Assembly: GCA_025603075.1 (NCBI GenBank) | Contig: MU626442.1 | Location: 1-38,385, forward strand | Source: Neoconidiobolus thromboides FSU 785 | Lineage: Eukaryota; Fungi; Entomophthoromycota | DNA: 38,385 bases | Direction of reading: 5' to 3' | Shown: positions 24,136-35,454 of the stretch, in pieces | How the letters are laid out: each line of letters opens with the position of its first letter | Position numbering within the stretch: position 1 is the first letter of the stretch | Notes under the pieces: model-generated | Seen by the model: only the letters and a program-made list of their open reading frames with translations | Told to the model about the DNA's origin: nothing | Database searches by the model: none | Position numbers and translations under genes: made by a program

Positions 24136-24779
24136 TTATTAGTGAGTGTATTGAACTTATTTAAAAGATAAAATTAGATACTTGAAATATCAAGTTAATA
24201 TAAGCATCTAAAATTTTTAAATAATAGCCAAAAATTGCATAGAACGACTTACAACTAGATGCATTGATATTTTTTAATTTATAGTCAAATTCATATTAGG
24301 AAAAAATGACACTGAACTAAAAACGATGAAAGATATCTAGCTGCAAGGCGTTCTAAAAGCATTTACAGATAAAAACACTTAGTACGAGGAAATGGTTTTG
24401 TAAAAGACTATTGTTTTGATAAATAATAAAGTAGAATATTAATCAATTATCATATAACTTAAAGAGAAAAAAATAAAAAAGAATAATAATTACTGTATCA
24501 AGTAATAAACAAAGTACAGTCAAAGGAATCATCGTATCTTATTAAACTTATAAGTTATATCTATTATGAATTTGAATATTTTGCCAAATAATCTCTTGTT
24601 CATTATGATTAATATTAATGCATTTAATATATAGTTCCAAACTAGTTTAATTGTGATTATATTAAATTTATTTTAGTCTTTACATAATAAGACCAAAATG
24701 ATAAAACAGCAAGAAATTAAGTGATAATACCAAACAATAACATACTACATTAAGTAAAGATGACAAAAAGAAATCACAA

Positions 24780-25700
24780 ATGTTGGTATAAGAATAAGAG
24801 ATGAACACAGGATAAGAGGTATCTCAATCAAAACTAAAATATAATATCTGTAAAGCATTTATTTACCGAGAAGATAAATGATGACCAATCAATCACACAT
24901 ACAAATTAACAATAAGTTGAAAAGCAGCATTGATAAAACTAAAAACAATACTAGTAATACAACCAAAGGTACTTTATGGAGAAAAACTACTAATCTAAGG
25001 AAGACCATAAAAGAGGCTTCAAAAGAATTAAACTTAAACTCTGGGGCTGTAAGAAAAAAATACTAATAGTAAAATAAATAGCTTCAAAAATGTTGTTGGT
25101 AATAGCCAAGTAGCAGTATAAGATGCTGAACCAGTGGAAATACTTTTTCCTTGAGGATATATGAAAAATGGTAAAGAGACCAGAAAAAATTTAGTAGGAT
25201 TAATTTTTTCATCAAAAGATGTTAAAGAAACAATCAGCAAATTAAACATCAAGTTTGAAACAACAAAATACATTGCTACACAACTATGAAAAAATAGGTA
25301 ATCAAGCTAACAGCAGCCTAGAAAGCTCCACTCAAAGACGTAAAAGTAGGATAACTCGTACTATTAGAGGTGCTTTATTGGAATCAATAAATATCCGAAG
25401 GAAATCAAAATCAAAAACATGAAAATCTTTTACATAAATTGTTCCACGGAAAAAAGTAAAAGGAAGGAAAAAATAAAGAAAAGATAGGCATGGAAGGGCA
25501 TAATAAAGACAATGTTGTAGAAAAAATTGTCAAAAATCAAAATGAAAAATAATGACAGAAAAGGACAGTGAAATTAATTTCAATGGGTGACCAAGAGCTT
25601 TTTGAGCTTAATAATCAAGAGGAATTTACTGCATAGGAGGGTGGTAAAGATAATTACAAAAATGATCAGGCATTAATTAAAGCTAATAAAAATAATTTAT
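24780..25700 (+). pseudogene. Decayed coding relic, probably retroelement or other TE remnant
   Basis: Purine-rich protein-like frames (ORF 24878-25066; ...VGNSQVAV*DAEPVEILFP*GYMKNGKETRKNLVGLIFSSKDVKE...) with many stops; no diagnostic motif. Confidence 0.3.
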
Positions 25701-26004
25701 AAGTTGCTCTAAACTAGTACTTTCTTATAAACTTATTTTAATAGTTTCAACTAATAAATAAATTTTATAATTTGGTATGTTATTATTATTATACTTTATC
25801 ATTATATCAATAATTAGTAATTTTATTGATAATTTTATTTAAACACCAAAATCACTATAAAAATAATAATATGCAATAAGTTACAAACTATATAAAACAA
25901 ATAAAATAAAAAATATTATTGTAAGGTTTATTTAAAATATTATAAAACTTAATAGCTTTATTAAAAAGTATAATATTAAAAAGTAATATTAAAAAAGCTT
26001 TAAA

Positions 26005-26110
26005 TTATGGGGATGTCTTTTTTGACTTTATCACTTTTTACATTTTTGAGTGCTATTTGAGTGGAAAAATTCTTAGTAAAATTCTTAAACGAAGAAATAC
26101 ATCCCCATTC
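26005..26110 (+). mobile_element. MITE copy 8 (orientation A)
   Basis: TTAT-GGGGATGTCTTTTTTG...GAAATACATCCCC-ATTC. Confidence 0.9.
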
Positions 26111-26186
26111 TAATTTTAATAATGTTAAGAAACTTAAAAATTATAACATAAAAAAATAAATTAGATAATGACTTTTTAATTAGTTA

Positions 26187-26290
26187 AAATGGGGGTGTTT
26201 TTTTTACTTTATTACTTTTTCTATCTTTTAAGTACTATTTGAGTGAAAAAATTATTAGTAAAATTCTTAACCACAAAAATACATCCCTAA
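26187..26290 (+). mobile_element. MITE copy 9 (orientation A)
   Basis: AT-GGGGGTGTTTTTTTTT...CACAAAAATACATCCC. Confidence 0.88.
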
Positions 26291-26320
26291 ATGCTGAAAA
26301 CACATTAAAACAAATTTAAG

Positions 26321-26426
26321 ATATGAGGATGTTTTTTTTGGTTTCATTACTTTTCCATTTTTTAAGCTCTATTTGAGTAGAAAGATTGTTAGCAAAATCC
26401 TTAGACAAAAAAATACATCCCCATAT
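26321..26426 (+). mobile_element. MITE copy 10 (orientation A)
   Basis: ATAT-GAGGATGTTTTTTTTGG...AAAAAAATACATCCCC-ATAT. Confidence 0.92.
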
Positions 26427-26527
26427 GGATATATATTTTCTTGTTTAAAGTTTTATTAACAATTTTTCCACTCAAATAGCACTTAAAAAATGGAAAAAGT
26501 GATAAAACTAAAAAAATGTTATCATAT
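26423..26527 (-). mobile_element. MITE copy 11 (orientation B), abutting copy 10 as an inverted pair and sharing one ATAT
   Basis: ATAT-GGATATATATTTTC...CCACTCAAATAGCACTTAAAAAATGGAAAAAG...TATC-ATAT. Confidence 0.85.
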
Positions 26528-26551
26528 AATAATAATAATAATAATAATAAT
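26528..26551. repeat. (AAT)8 microsatellite between MITE copies
   Basis: Direct reading of the sequence. Confidence 0.9.
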
Positions 26552-26581
26552 AAATTAATAAAAATAATATTTAATAAAAAG

Positions 26582-26688
26582 ATATGGGGGTGTATTTTTG
26601 TGCTTGGTAATTCTATTAATGATTTTTCCACCCAAATAGCAATTAAAAGATGTAAAAGTAATGAAACCAAAGAAAACATCCTTCATAT
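26582..26688 (-). mobile_element. MITE copy 12 (orientation B)
   Basis: ATAT-GGGGGTGTATTTTTG...GAAAACATCCTTC-ATAT. Confidence 0.9.
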
Positions 26689-27741
26689 CTTTTATTTTCA
26701 TTTATTTGTTTCATCTTAAACCCATATTTTATTTATGAAAAAAATGCAAACTTGTAAAAGTAATAGAGTAAAGGATGAAAGATTCTAGAAAACATCCCAA
26801 TTAACAAGCTTTCCGAAGCATAAAATAATATATTTGGTAATAAAACTTCTGCTCTAAGTTATAAAGTTCAATCTTTTTTTGAAAAATTACTATTATATTG
26901 ATTCAAGTATGGAGATTCTTAAATTATTTTAGTAGCAACTTTAAAAAGCAGTATAAGCTACTCAAAATCCGTCCAACTTAAATCTAACACGGTAGCAAAA
27001 TAAATGCCCTCAAATTTTAATTGAATCTTCCAAGAAAGCTTATGTATGTGTCAATAATCCCTAGTCAAGCCATAGCCTTATCGGTATTATTTTACTTCAT
27101 TCTTAGCTATATTATAAATAAGTAAGAATTAAATTGAAATATGAAAATAATGTTTCAATATTAGAACTTTCAAGGTTTAAAACGATAAACTTTTGTTTGT
27201 TTTAACCAATAAAATATTTACAAAATTTAAAAGTATAAGGCAAAAATAGATTGACTTAAGAAGCAACTGCAGTTTTAAACACCAAAACAATTAATTTACC
27301 AATATCTAGTTTAGCCGTATCGGAAAAAAAATCGGCAATTTAAAAACTATCAAAAGAATCAAACTTAAACTTAAAGTAACAATATCATTAATATTAATAT
27401 TAAGGGATAAGAGTAATATTAAAACTTAAAATGCCAACTATTATAATGGACTATAAACCATAGATAATTATAGAATAATAACTAAAATTTGACACTTTAA
27501 TGATCTTGACCAAGTAAGGTTTAATACTTTATCAAATCATTCGGACCGAAATTGCATAATAAATTCATGGTAAAACATGGGTCAACGTAATAAGAAAAAT
27601 AATATTATATAGTTTAAAATGATTGGTTAAGAATATCAGTTTATGCTGTCAACTATTACTTATATATGTCAAAAAATGCTATATAAATAGAAGAGTCCTA
27701 AATTTAATATTTATATCTTTACAAGAATCACTAACACCAAA

Positions 27742-28393
27742 ATGACTTTTGCTTTATCTCTTAGCCCAGAACATGGTTATGTAAATTTAATTTTATCTGC
27801 TTATTCATTTAATAATACAACTATTAGGTATTATTAACTTCTGCTGCCGTTTCTGTTCAATGCTTTCTCAGTGCTGCTGCTGTATCAAGCTTAAGAAAGA
27901 AATTTAATGTTCCAGTAAGTTTAAACAATAATTCAAATAGACTTGATTTAACATTGATAAAAATAGTACCCAGATTCTGGTGATGGCAGACACGCTGCTA
28001 AATTAAGGTAAATAACAGTAATTAATAGGATTATAGTATATTAAGTAATATAATAGTGATGAACAATGGGAGCAATTCCACAATGCCCAAAGAGCTCATC
28101 GTAATTATACTGAACAAGTAGGAGTAACTCAATCTTTATTACTTGCTGCTGGTATTCTTCATCCTAAAGTAGCTACTGGACTTGGATTAGCTTATATTGT
28201 AAGTTTTGTACCCTTTATATTATATTTGTTTTATTGATGTATAAAAAAGGCTGGACGTCAACTTTATTATCACGGTTATGTTAACCAAGGTCCAAGTGGT
28301 AGAGTTTATGGTGTATTACTCTTAGATGGTGGATTAATCGGTTTACTTGGCACCTTAATCTACTCTGGTTTATCTTTGGCCGGTTTTATTTAA
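27742..28393 (+). CDS. MGST3: MAPEG family protein, microsomal glutathione S-transferase 3-like, 5 exons
   Basis: MTFALSLSPEHGY|VLLT...LRKKFNVP|YPDSGDGRHAAKL|SDEQWEQFHNAQRAHRNYTEQ...HPKVATGLGLAYI|AGRQLYYHGYVNQGPSGR; GT-AG introns. Confidence 0.92.
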
Positions 28394-29037
28394 TCTCTTA
28401 ATAGTCATATAATAAACTTAAAATAGCATTTAATATATTGTAACTTTTGAATGTAAAATATCAAGTAAAAGGTAGCTTAGTACTAAAGATTGTTATTTAG
28501 TAAATTTACTAATATTTTGACTCTAATTGTAAATATTATTGAAACATTTTAAAGAGAACGTTTCATGTTTTGTATAAAATTGATTATGTATATTACATTT
28601 GAAAGTATAAAAATAATTATCTAATAAACATAAATACAAATACAGTGATAGGTGTAAGGTGTAAACTCCCTTTTGTCCAAACTGTATGGGACATCATTTT
28701 TTATTCAACATTTAGTTTGAAAAAAATTAACTTTATGTTGTATAAATAATGAACAAAACAATGAAACAATCAAAATTTTCATATTTAATGGATGTAATAC
28801 TAATGTTTTGTTTACAATAACTATAAGACTATAAAGACCTTAAATTTTATAAAAAACAAACATATAATTTCAAAATCAATTCTTTTATTTAAACTTTATA
28901 TTATAAATTAAAAAATGTATATATAAGAAAAGGTATTATGGACTGCAATTTAATTCAAATTGAAGTGTTAATAAACAGAGGAGCTTAATGAACTTGCTTT
29001 CAAAAATGGGAACCTAAAGAGTACGAATAATAACAAA

Positions 29038-30054
29038 CTAATTAAATATGTTGTTATTGTTATTGTTATTTAGGTTCATATGAGATAATGAAAAACGGGG
29101 TTGAGGTGGGGATGCTAATATTGATAATGGCTCATATTCCATTGGATTAATTAAATTTAATGAACTATTCTTGCTATTATTAGATACGTTATTGGTATTG
29201 GTATTACCAAACATATTCAAACTTGGATTATACATATGAATAGAATCCAAAGAAGGGTCTAGTGGAGGCATAGAAAAAGAGTTTGGATATGGGGAATAAG
29301 GATTCATTGATAATGCATTAGCATTAGAAGCAAACAATTCAGAAGGCGATTGATGTAAATAACAACATCTTTTACCATAAGGACAACTACCAGTCTCATA
29401 GTAATTCTTACACAATTGTGTTTTATACTTAGGATGTCGGTTCACAGTTCTAAGATCAGCTACTCCATGCGCAAATCGACATTTTTGATTATATCGACAA
29501 TGGCCTGTATTTAAAAAAGTAGTACACATTTCGGTTTTAAATAAAGTCACGCTTTTGTTTCTATTTTCATCATTTTGGGCTGATTCTGGACTATTATTTT
29601 TTTTACCATTTTTACCATTTTTATTATTTGTATTACCACTTTCATCATCATCATCTAATCCAAGACGATCAAGTGAGTTAATTAGATCTTCTTCAAAAGC
29701 AAGCATGTCTTTTGATTTAAAATTGGAAGGTAAAGAGTCATAACTAGGGTATGTAGGTGGTGCTTGATACTGATAATTATTCAACTTATTATTAATACTA
29801 TTATTAATGTCATTGGATTCTTTATCCTTAATATCGCTGCTCCCATTATTTAACTTGGTCTTAGGATTAAATAAGTCTAAAGAAGGAGTGCGAAAAAAAG
29901 AAGTAGGATCTAAATTGGTATGAAACGGATCCCATTCATTTTTTTTGGATAATGAAGGGTCAGTAGAAGTACTAGATGAAAGTGATGGTTGGAAAACCTT
30001 TATCTCCTTATTTTCTTTTTCTATTTTGCTTTGGGTTGTATTTGTTGTAAGCAT
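29038..30054 (-). CDS. Tristetraprolin/TIS11/Cth1-family tandem CCCH ARE-binding protein
   Basis: Two C-X8-C-X5-C-X3-H fingers separated by 18 residues, with LFKTEM and KYKTQL lead-ins. Confidence 0.93.
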   Translation of the reverse strand: MLTTNTTQSKIEKENKEIKVFQPSLSSSTSTDPSLSKKNEWDPFHTNLDPTSFFRTPSLDLFNPKTKLNNGSSDIKDKESNDINNSINNKLNNYQYQAPPTYPSYDSLPSNFKSKDMLAFEEDLINSLDRLGLDDDDESGNTNNKNGKNGKKNNSPESAQNDENRNKSVTLFKTEMCTTFLNTGHCRYNQKCRFAHGVADLRTVNRHPKYKTQLCKNYYETGSCPYGKRCCYLHQSPSELFASNANALSMNPYSPYPNSFSMPPLDPSLDSIHMYNPSLNMFGNTNTNNVSNNSKNSSLNLINPMEYEPLSILASPPQPRFSLSHMNLNNNNNNNIFN

Positions 30055-30875
30055 GATACTATTGATTTATTTATATTATTCTATTATTTATATTAACAAT
30101 TTGGTTATAAATAAAATTTAATTAATAAAGAATATTAATCTATAAATAACTATATATATACGTAAAATAAATTAAAAAGGTATATATATAAGAGATAGAT
30201 AATCTAAAATGAATAAATAAATAAATAATCTTCTATATCAAACTATTATTACAAACAATAATAATTCAACGTTATATAAATAAAAAGATAATAAATAAAT
30301 TCACTTAATTATAATCCAACAAGTTAATAACTATAATAATAAAACTAATTGGGTGTATTATTATTACAATTATTCGATCTCAAATCACTTAAAAACAAAA
30401 CAAAACAAGACTTTAGTAGAAAATTTTTAATTTCAAATGAAAATTTTTTCAGTGTTCTTTTACCTAGTTTTTAATATTTTTTGACAAATTAAAATTTTTT
30501 ATAAATTATCATATTACGAATACCACTTTAATTTTAAAATTCACTTATACTTTACCTAATAAAATTATATATTCTTATATAAAAGGACTTTAATTAGTAA
30601 AACTGGAATTAATGATTTTTTCTCGGTAAATCATTGGTGAATAGCTTTAGCTAAACTTGAAAAAATTATATTAAAAGATAAAATAAAAAAACGGTTAGCT
30701 AAATAAAATAAGTGAATATATGATTTTATATATTTTAATGGAAACAAACTTATTTTTTTATTCTACACCAATATTTAGAATACAGTTTTTAATATGAAAC
30801 AATCTATACTAAAAAAAATTGTCTTGGATTAAATAAAAGAATGGGATCTTGAAATTTCAAAAATCATATCTTATT

Positions 30876-30909
30876 ATTGGCTGAAGACCAGCCAATTAAA
30901 TTAGACTCA
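30876..30909. promoter_or_regulatory. Inverted CCAAT-box pair plus GACTCA upstream of the RING gene
   Basis: ATTGGCTG-AAGAC-CAGCCAAT (30876-30896) and GACTCA (30904-30909), 80-115 bp before the ATG. Confidence 0.4.
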
Positions 30910-30989
30910 CTTTGCATTTCATAATAGGCAAAAATAGGCTTTTTATTAGTATTAGAAGTAAAAAAATTATTTAAAGGCAACATAGAAGG

Positions 30990-32378
30990 ATGGGATCCAA
31001 AGGAAGTAAAAAAAATAAAAAGGAAGATAAGAAGGGAAATAAGAAGAGTAAGCTACTAAAGAAAATTAGTAAAAAATTGGACCAAATTTATGATGTAATT
31101 TGTAAGCATAGCAAGAACAGTAAGGATGGTATTATTGAACTACATAAATTAGAGACTGGAGATGAAGCGTTAAGAACTATAATAGAAACCATGAAACAAA
31201 AATACACATCAAATGATGGAAACAATGATACAATAAAGGATGAAAGTTTGGAACTAGAAAATGAATCGCTAGAATTAACATTAGAGAAAATGAAGGAAAA
31301 TAATAATGATAGTAAAAGTAGCCAAGAAGATAATAAAAGGAAGGATATTAATCCGGAATCAAAAATAAACAAAAAGGAAGTAAATAGTTATATGGGAGCT
31401 ACAAATAACGAAAATACAATGGTGATCAAGAGTACGAAATTAGAGCAAGAAAACAATGAATTAAAACTAGCATTAAAAGCTAGTGAAGAAAAAAATAATA
31501 AAATAAAAAGCGGACTAAATTGTATAGTATGCTTAAATTATTATGAACTGCCACATAATTTAGAGTGTGGTCATGTATTTTGCTTTCACTGCATTAAAGA
31601 TTGGTTTCTGAGTCAAATTCGAAATGATGTGAATTTGTTTTGTCCACTGTGCCGTTGTAATATTCAAAAGGTTCCTAATTTTTGTTTTATTTTATATGAG
31701 CAGATAAATCATCAACTGGAAAACAATCCTAATAATAATAGCCTCCAGCTGCTAAAGAAAGTTAAAACAAGTTATCAAATGTATCAAGATAAAAAACAGG
31801 ATATTTGGCTAGATATCTTTCCCAAATGTGGCATACGTAGTACCATAAAGGATGATGATGATGACGTCGAAAGATGCACTAATTGCCATTGGGAAGTGGT
31901 TAAAGGCGTTTGCACAAATTGCAATAATGTTTATACTTTAGATGATATTGTACCTTCTAGTTCAGATTCCGATACCGAGCTATCAGACGATAATAATGGT
32001 GATAATGAGAATGAGAATAATACCAGCAGTAAGAGAAATAATGATCTATCATTAAATTCTATTCTAAAAGATAATCATAATGATGGGTTTTTAAGTAATA
32101 GTTCAGAAGGTGAAGGAGAGCTTTTGGGCTATGATAGTATGGATCAAAGTGACGCAGAGAAAGATATAGAATTGGACACTGATGATGAATCATTTATATG
32201 TAATGACGATGAAGTACAATATGATACTGGAGCTGAGGATAATGAAGATGATGAAGATGTGGAAGTGGAAGAAATTGTATTTAATAGAAATAAAAGAAAC
32301 AATGAGGATAATAATGAAGATGAAGTTATTATAAAAAGAAGCAAAAAGATAATCCTTGATGATGAAGATGAGGAATAA
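30990..32378 (+). CDS. RING-HC E3 ubiquitin ligase, Psh1-like (RING, CxxCxWE..CxxC zinc ribbon, acidic tail)
   Basis: C3HC4 RING CIVC...LECGHVFCFHC...CPLCR; DDDDVERCTNCHWEVVKGVCTNC; D/E-rich C-terminus. This architecture matches yeast Psh1. Confidence 0.85.
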   Translation: MGSKGSKKNKKEDKKGNKKSKLLKKISKKLDQIYDVICKHSKNSKDGIIELHKLETGDEALRTIIETMKQKYTSNDGNNDTIKDESLELENESLELTLEKMKENNNDSKSSQEDNKRKDINPESKINKKEVNSYMGATNNENTMVIKSTKLEQENNELKLALKASEEKNNKIKSGLNCIVCLNYYELPHNLECGHVFCFHCIKDWFLSQIRNDVNLFCPLCRCNIQKVPNFCFILYEQINHQLENNPNNNSLQLLKKVKTSYQMYQDKKQDIWLDIFPKCGIRSTIKDDDDDVERCTNCHWEVVKGVCTNCNNVYTLDDIVPSSSDSDTELSDDNNGDNENENNTSSKRNNDLSLNSILKDNHNDGFLSNSSEGEGELLGYDSMDQSDAEKDIELDTDDESFICNDDEVQYDTGAEDNEDDEDVEVEEIVFNRNKRNNEDNNEDEVIIKRSKKIILDDEDEE

Positions 32379-32564
32379 ATGACGGGTTACAACAAGCTTA
32401 ACTTACATTATTTCTACCCATATTACCCGCTTTATTTAATAAAATATCATTTACGTTTTATTGTTTATTTTATTAGTCATAAAATGTAGAATTATAAAAT
32501 TAAAATTAACTTAACATTTTTATTATTTTACAAAAAAATAGAAGTCACGATAAAAGTATGAGTA

Positions 32565-33314
32565 TTAAAGAAGACTTGATAATAAATTAAGAATATTACT
32601 TTGGTCAAATAAAACAGAAACATCCCAAGGACAGTCGAAATTAAAGTTATTATTAATTTGAGGCACGTAACCTGTCCACTTGATTAGATCAATATAAAGC
32701 TTAGCGTCATAATTGATGGTCAATGGCTTTCTCTTACTTGCGTCCGAATTACATGAGCTCTTTAATATACTTGCAGTAGCTAAATTCTCTTTAGAAGTAT
32801 CTTTGGTGTTATAAAATAGTGTAAATGGTAATGTAAAAGGTGTGGTGGCCATAGCATTGATTGAAACAGGCCTTGGTAAATAACCTTGACCGATAGGTGA
32901 GTTGTTCAATTTAGCATCTATAGTTATATTTGATACCGCAATGTTAATATAATTTTGACTTTTGATATCCAAATTAAGTGCTAATGGTATAGAAACTACA
33001 CCATCGCTGCTATGAGATATTTTATCAGTCAATGAAGAAGAAGTAATAGAAGAACCATCTTGATAGCTTAATTGTTTGAACTCGAAAGAGGGTATTCTAG
33101 GGAATAAGAAAAAGATAGCAGCACCAATACCACCTAATAATATTAAAGTAATTACACCACATAGTAAGGCTCCTTTTCTTGATAAACAACAACAGCAGCA
33201 AAATCTGACACAACAATTCCTTTTTTTCTGTGGTATTCCATTTTCATCAATGCTCATTCTTTCTCTTCCACTATTTAATCCAATTCTACTCTCTCGATTG
33301 TCTGTATAATTCAT
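32565..33314 (-). CDS. Single-pass membrane protein with LEA_2-like domain
   Basis: Cys-rich juxtamembrane segment, TM helix ending FFLFPRIP, then LDIKSQNYINIAVSNITIDA, typical of fungal LEA_2 proteins. Confidence 0.8.
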   Translation of the reverse strand: MNYTDNRESRIGLNSGRERMSIDENGIPQKKRNCCVRFCCCCCLSRKGALLCGVITLILLGGIGAAIFFLFPRIPSFEFKQLSYQDGSSITSSSLTDKISHSSDGVVSIPLALNLDIKSQNYINIAVSNITIDAKLNNSPIGQGYLPRPVSINAMATTPFTLPFTLFYNTKDTSKENLATASILKSSCNSDASKRKPLTINYDAKLYIDLIKWTGYVPQINNNFNFDCPWDVSVLFDQSNILNLLSSLL

Positions 33315-34315
33315 TTTATAAGATTTAATTTATTACAACAGTGGTTATATACGAATAAAGGTTTCTAAAATCAAAGAAGTTTAATCCAGTCAGGGAACAA
33401 ATATAATTAAGAAAATAATAAAATAGAACTTATTTATATAATTCAGTCATAATAGTCTTTATTCTTTAGTCACTATATCATAAATTAATATTCTATTAAT
33501 AACTTTGTTTGGCTATCATTGGCTCACTTTCTTTATTTTTATTTTCAAGCCTTAATGATGTCCGAATTTATTTTACCTTGAAGCATTAAATGATATAAAT
33601 ATTTCAATTACCAATTAACTCTGTTTTTCTCTGCCTTAATTGGCTTTTTATATTTGAATTATTACGGAAAAGATAACTTTGTTATAAAGATTCATATTTA
33701 TTCTTTAATTTATCCGTCCTTGTTATCATTTGTTGTTACTTTGTTGCTCCTTTTTTCTTGGCTACCTATTTTTATAACCTCAAAGTGAAATTTTGCTTGG
33801 TTTAAATAGTAATTTCAAATCAAAAATAAGAAACATTATTAACCAAATGTATTAAAATAACTAAATTTTATACATATTTAAAAATCATATTAAATGTTGT
33901 AACTTTTAATATAAGTTATGATATAACTATTGAACCTATGTTATATTTAAATATCATTATTAATTTAAATTAAAGTATATAATAGATGATACTAGTTTTA
34001 CCTAATCATTTCAATCACAGACCTAATCTAAGATTGCTAACGGTTCCTTATCATTTTAATTTTATCTTAAATATATATACTAGACTCAAAAGACTAGAAG
34101 TGAGTTTATTAATAAAAAGTGTAAAATAGAGAAAAAGAAAGGTACTTCATAACGAAAACTCATTATATAAAATACAAAGTTATTAGAGACATAAACTCAA
34201 TTTGCTATTTACTAATAATTCTCTGGGTCATTTAAAAGCAACTGTATAAAATTATAAACTTTAACTTTTTTGTATATTTAGGCTTTATTTATTAAAACTT
34301 AAAGTTTTAGAAAAT

Positions 34316-34418
34316 ATATGGGGGTGTATTTTTGTTTAAGAATTTTGCTAACAATTTCTTCACTTAAACAGTGTTTGAGATGGAAAAAGTGATGAAGCTA
34401 AAAAAAACATCCCCATAT
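34316..34418 (-). mobile_element. MITE copy 13 (orientation B)
   Basis: ATAT-GGGGGTGTATTTTTG...AAAAAAAACATCCCC-ATAT. Confidence 0.92.
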
Positions 34419-34499
34419 AATAAAGGAGATTTAACTACATTTTATTAAATATTATATAAAAAATAAAAAAATAAAAAAATAGATAAAATAAGATAAAAA

Positions 34500-34532
34500 A
34501 ATATTAATTTAATATTAATTTAATATTAATTT
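34500..34532. repeat. (AATATTAATTT)x3 tandem repeat
   Basis: Direct reading of the sequence. Confidence 0.8.
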
Positions 34533-34536
34533 TTTA

Positions 34537-35454
34537 TTAAACATTAATTAATTCAAAATCAGCATAGTTAAATTTGGCTGATTTACCTAATACCAGCAAC
34601 TGCTTTAATTGTTTGTTATTGAATACAATCGAATCAATCTTAATAAATTTGGTATTAACTTTATTAATACTATTACTATTTAAATTAAGTTTATAAATGG
34701 TATTATCATTATTCAATACGAAGTAAACTTCATTACTATTGCAGTTGTGTAATAATTGTAGTATTTTATTATTATCGTCCTTAATATTAATACTTTTCTT
34801 AATATTGTTAACAACATTTAAAGAATTGACTTCATTTTTTTGATCATTATAGTTTAACTTATAAATATAATAATAGCCAGATGAGAAATAAACCTCCTTT
34901 TTGGAATCATTATAGACTAATCCTTTGATTTTACCTAAATTGCTTCTTAATAGCTGACTCTTGTTGTTACTTAATGAACATTGATACAGATTCCCATTCT
35001 TCGTTGATAATAACAGCTTATCTGTGTTTTTAATGTGTACTAATCCTGTTAACAGGTTCTCTTTATTACTATCTTCATTAATGGTACATAATTTGAAATT
35101 CTTATCACTTCTTTCTTCATTGGTGGTCAATTCAGCTTTAAATAAAGATTTGCATGTTTGATCAAAATAAACTAGCTGGTTTTTAATAATTAAGAAATGG
35201 GTCACATTAACAGGAGTTCGGGGCATAATAGGTATATTTTCTAAATAGCCGCCTTGTACCTTTTGAAATGGTAAATAAGGATTCAATGAGTTGTAACTTA
35301 TTATCTCTTCCTTGTCCTCATACAATTGAGCCGCTACTTCGTTCATTGGGATCGATAAGTCATTACTATTTAATTCTTTTATATCTTGAATCTTGCACTG
35401 CAATAATGATATAAAATAACTAAATACTAAGCATAATAAAATTCCAAACTTCAT
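34537..35454 (-). CDS. Secreted protein with beta-propeller-like (YWTD/LDLR class B-like) repeats
   Basis: Signal peptide MKFGILLCLVFSYFISLLQC; repeats QLVYFDQ..KSLFKAEL, IKGLVYNDSKKEVYFSSG..IYKLNY, SNEVYFVLNNDNTIYKLNL. The fold call is by pattern only. Confidence 0.65.
   Translation of the reverse strand: MKFGILLCLVFSYFISLLQCKIQDIKELNSNDLSIPMNEVAAQLYEDKEEIISYNSLNPYLPFQKVQGGYLENIPIMPRTPVNVTHFLIIKNQLVYFDQTCKSLFKAELTTNEERSDKNFKLCTINEDSNKENLLTGLVHIKNTDKLLLSTKNGNLYQCSLSNNKSQLLRSNLGKIKGLVYNDSKKEVYFSSGYYYIYKLNYNDQKNEVNSLNVVNNIKKSINIKDDNNKILQLLHNCNSNEVYFVLNNDNTIYKLNLNSNSINKVNTKFIKIDSIVFNNKQLKQLLVLGKSAKFNYADFELINV

Noticed and set aside
26005-26688. CRISPR-like or satellite interpretation of the repeat array
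   Set aside because: The units are ~100-bp TIR-bounded elements in mixed orientation, also dispersed across the window, in a eukaryotic context with no cas genes.
26401-26719. ORFs 26401-26679, 26516-26719 and 23156-23368
   Set aside because: Translations of MITE copies and microsatellite, or antisense to the pseudogene; not independent genes.
4924-28393. Lipase, amidase, GRX5 and MGST3 as a lipid or detoxification gene cluster
   Set aside because: The genes are widely separated by unrelated housekeeping genes and TE debris, with no backbone enzyme or shared regulator.
30200-30305. TTATTTATT (ARE-like) cluster upstream of the TTP-family gene, suggesting autoregulation
   Set aside because: It lies 5' of the gene rather than in the 3' UTR, and such motifs are common in DNA this AT-rich.
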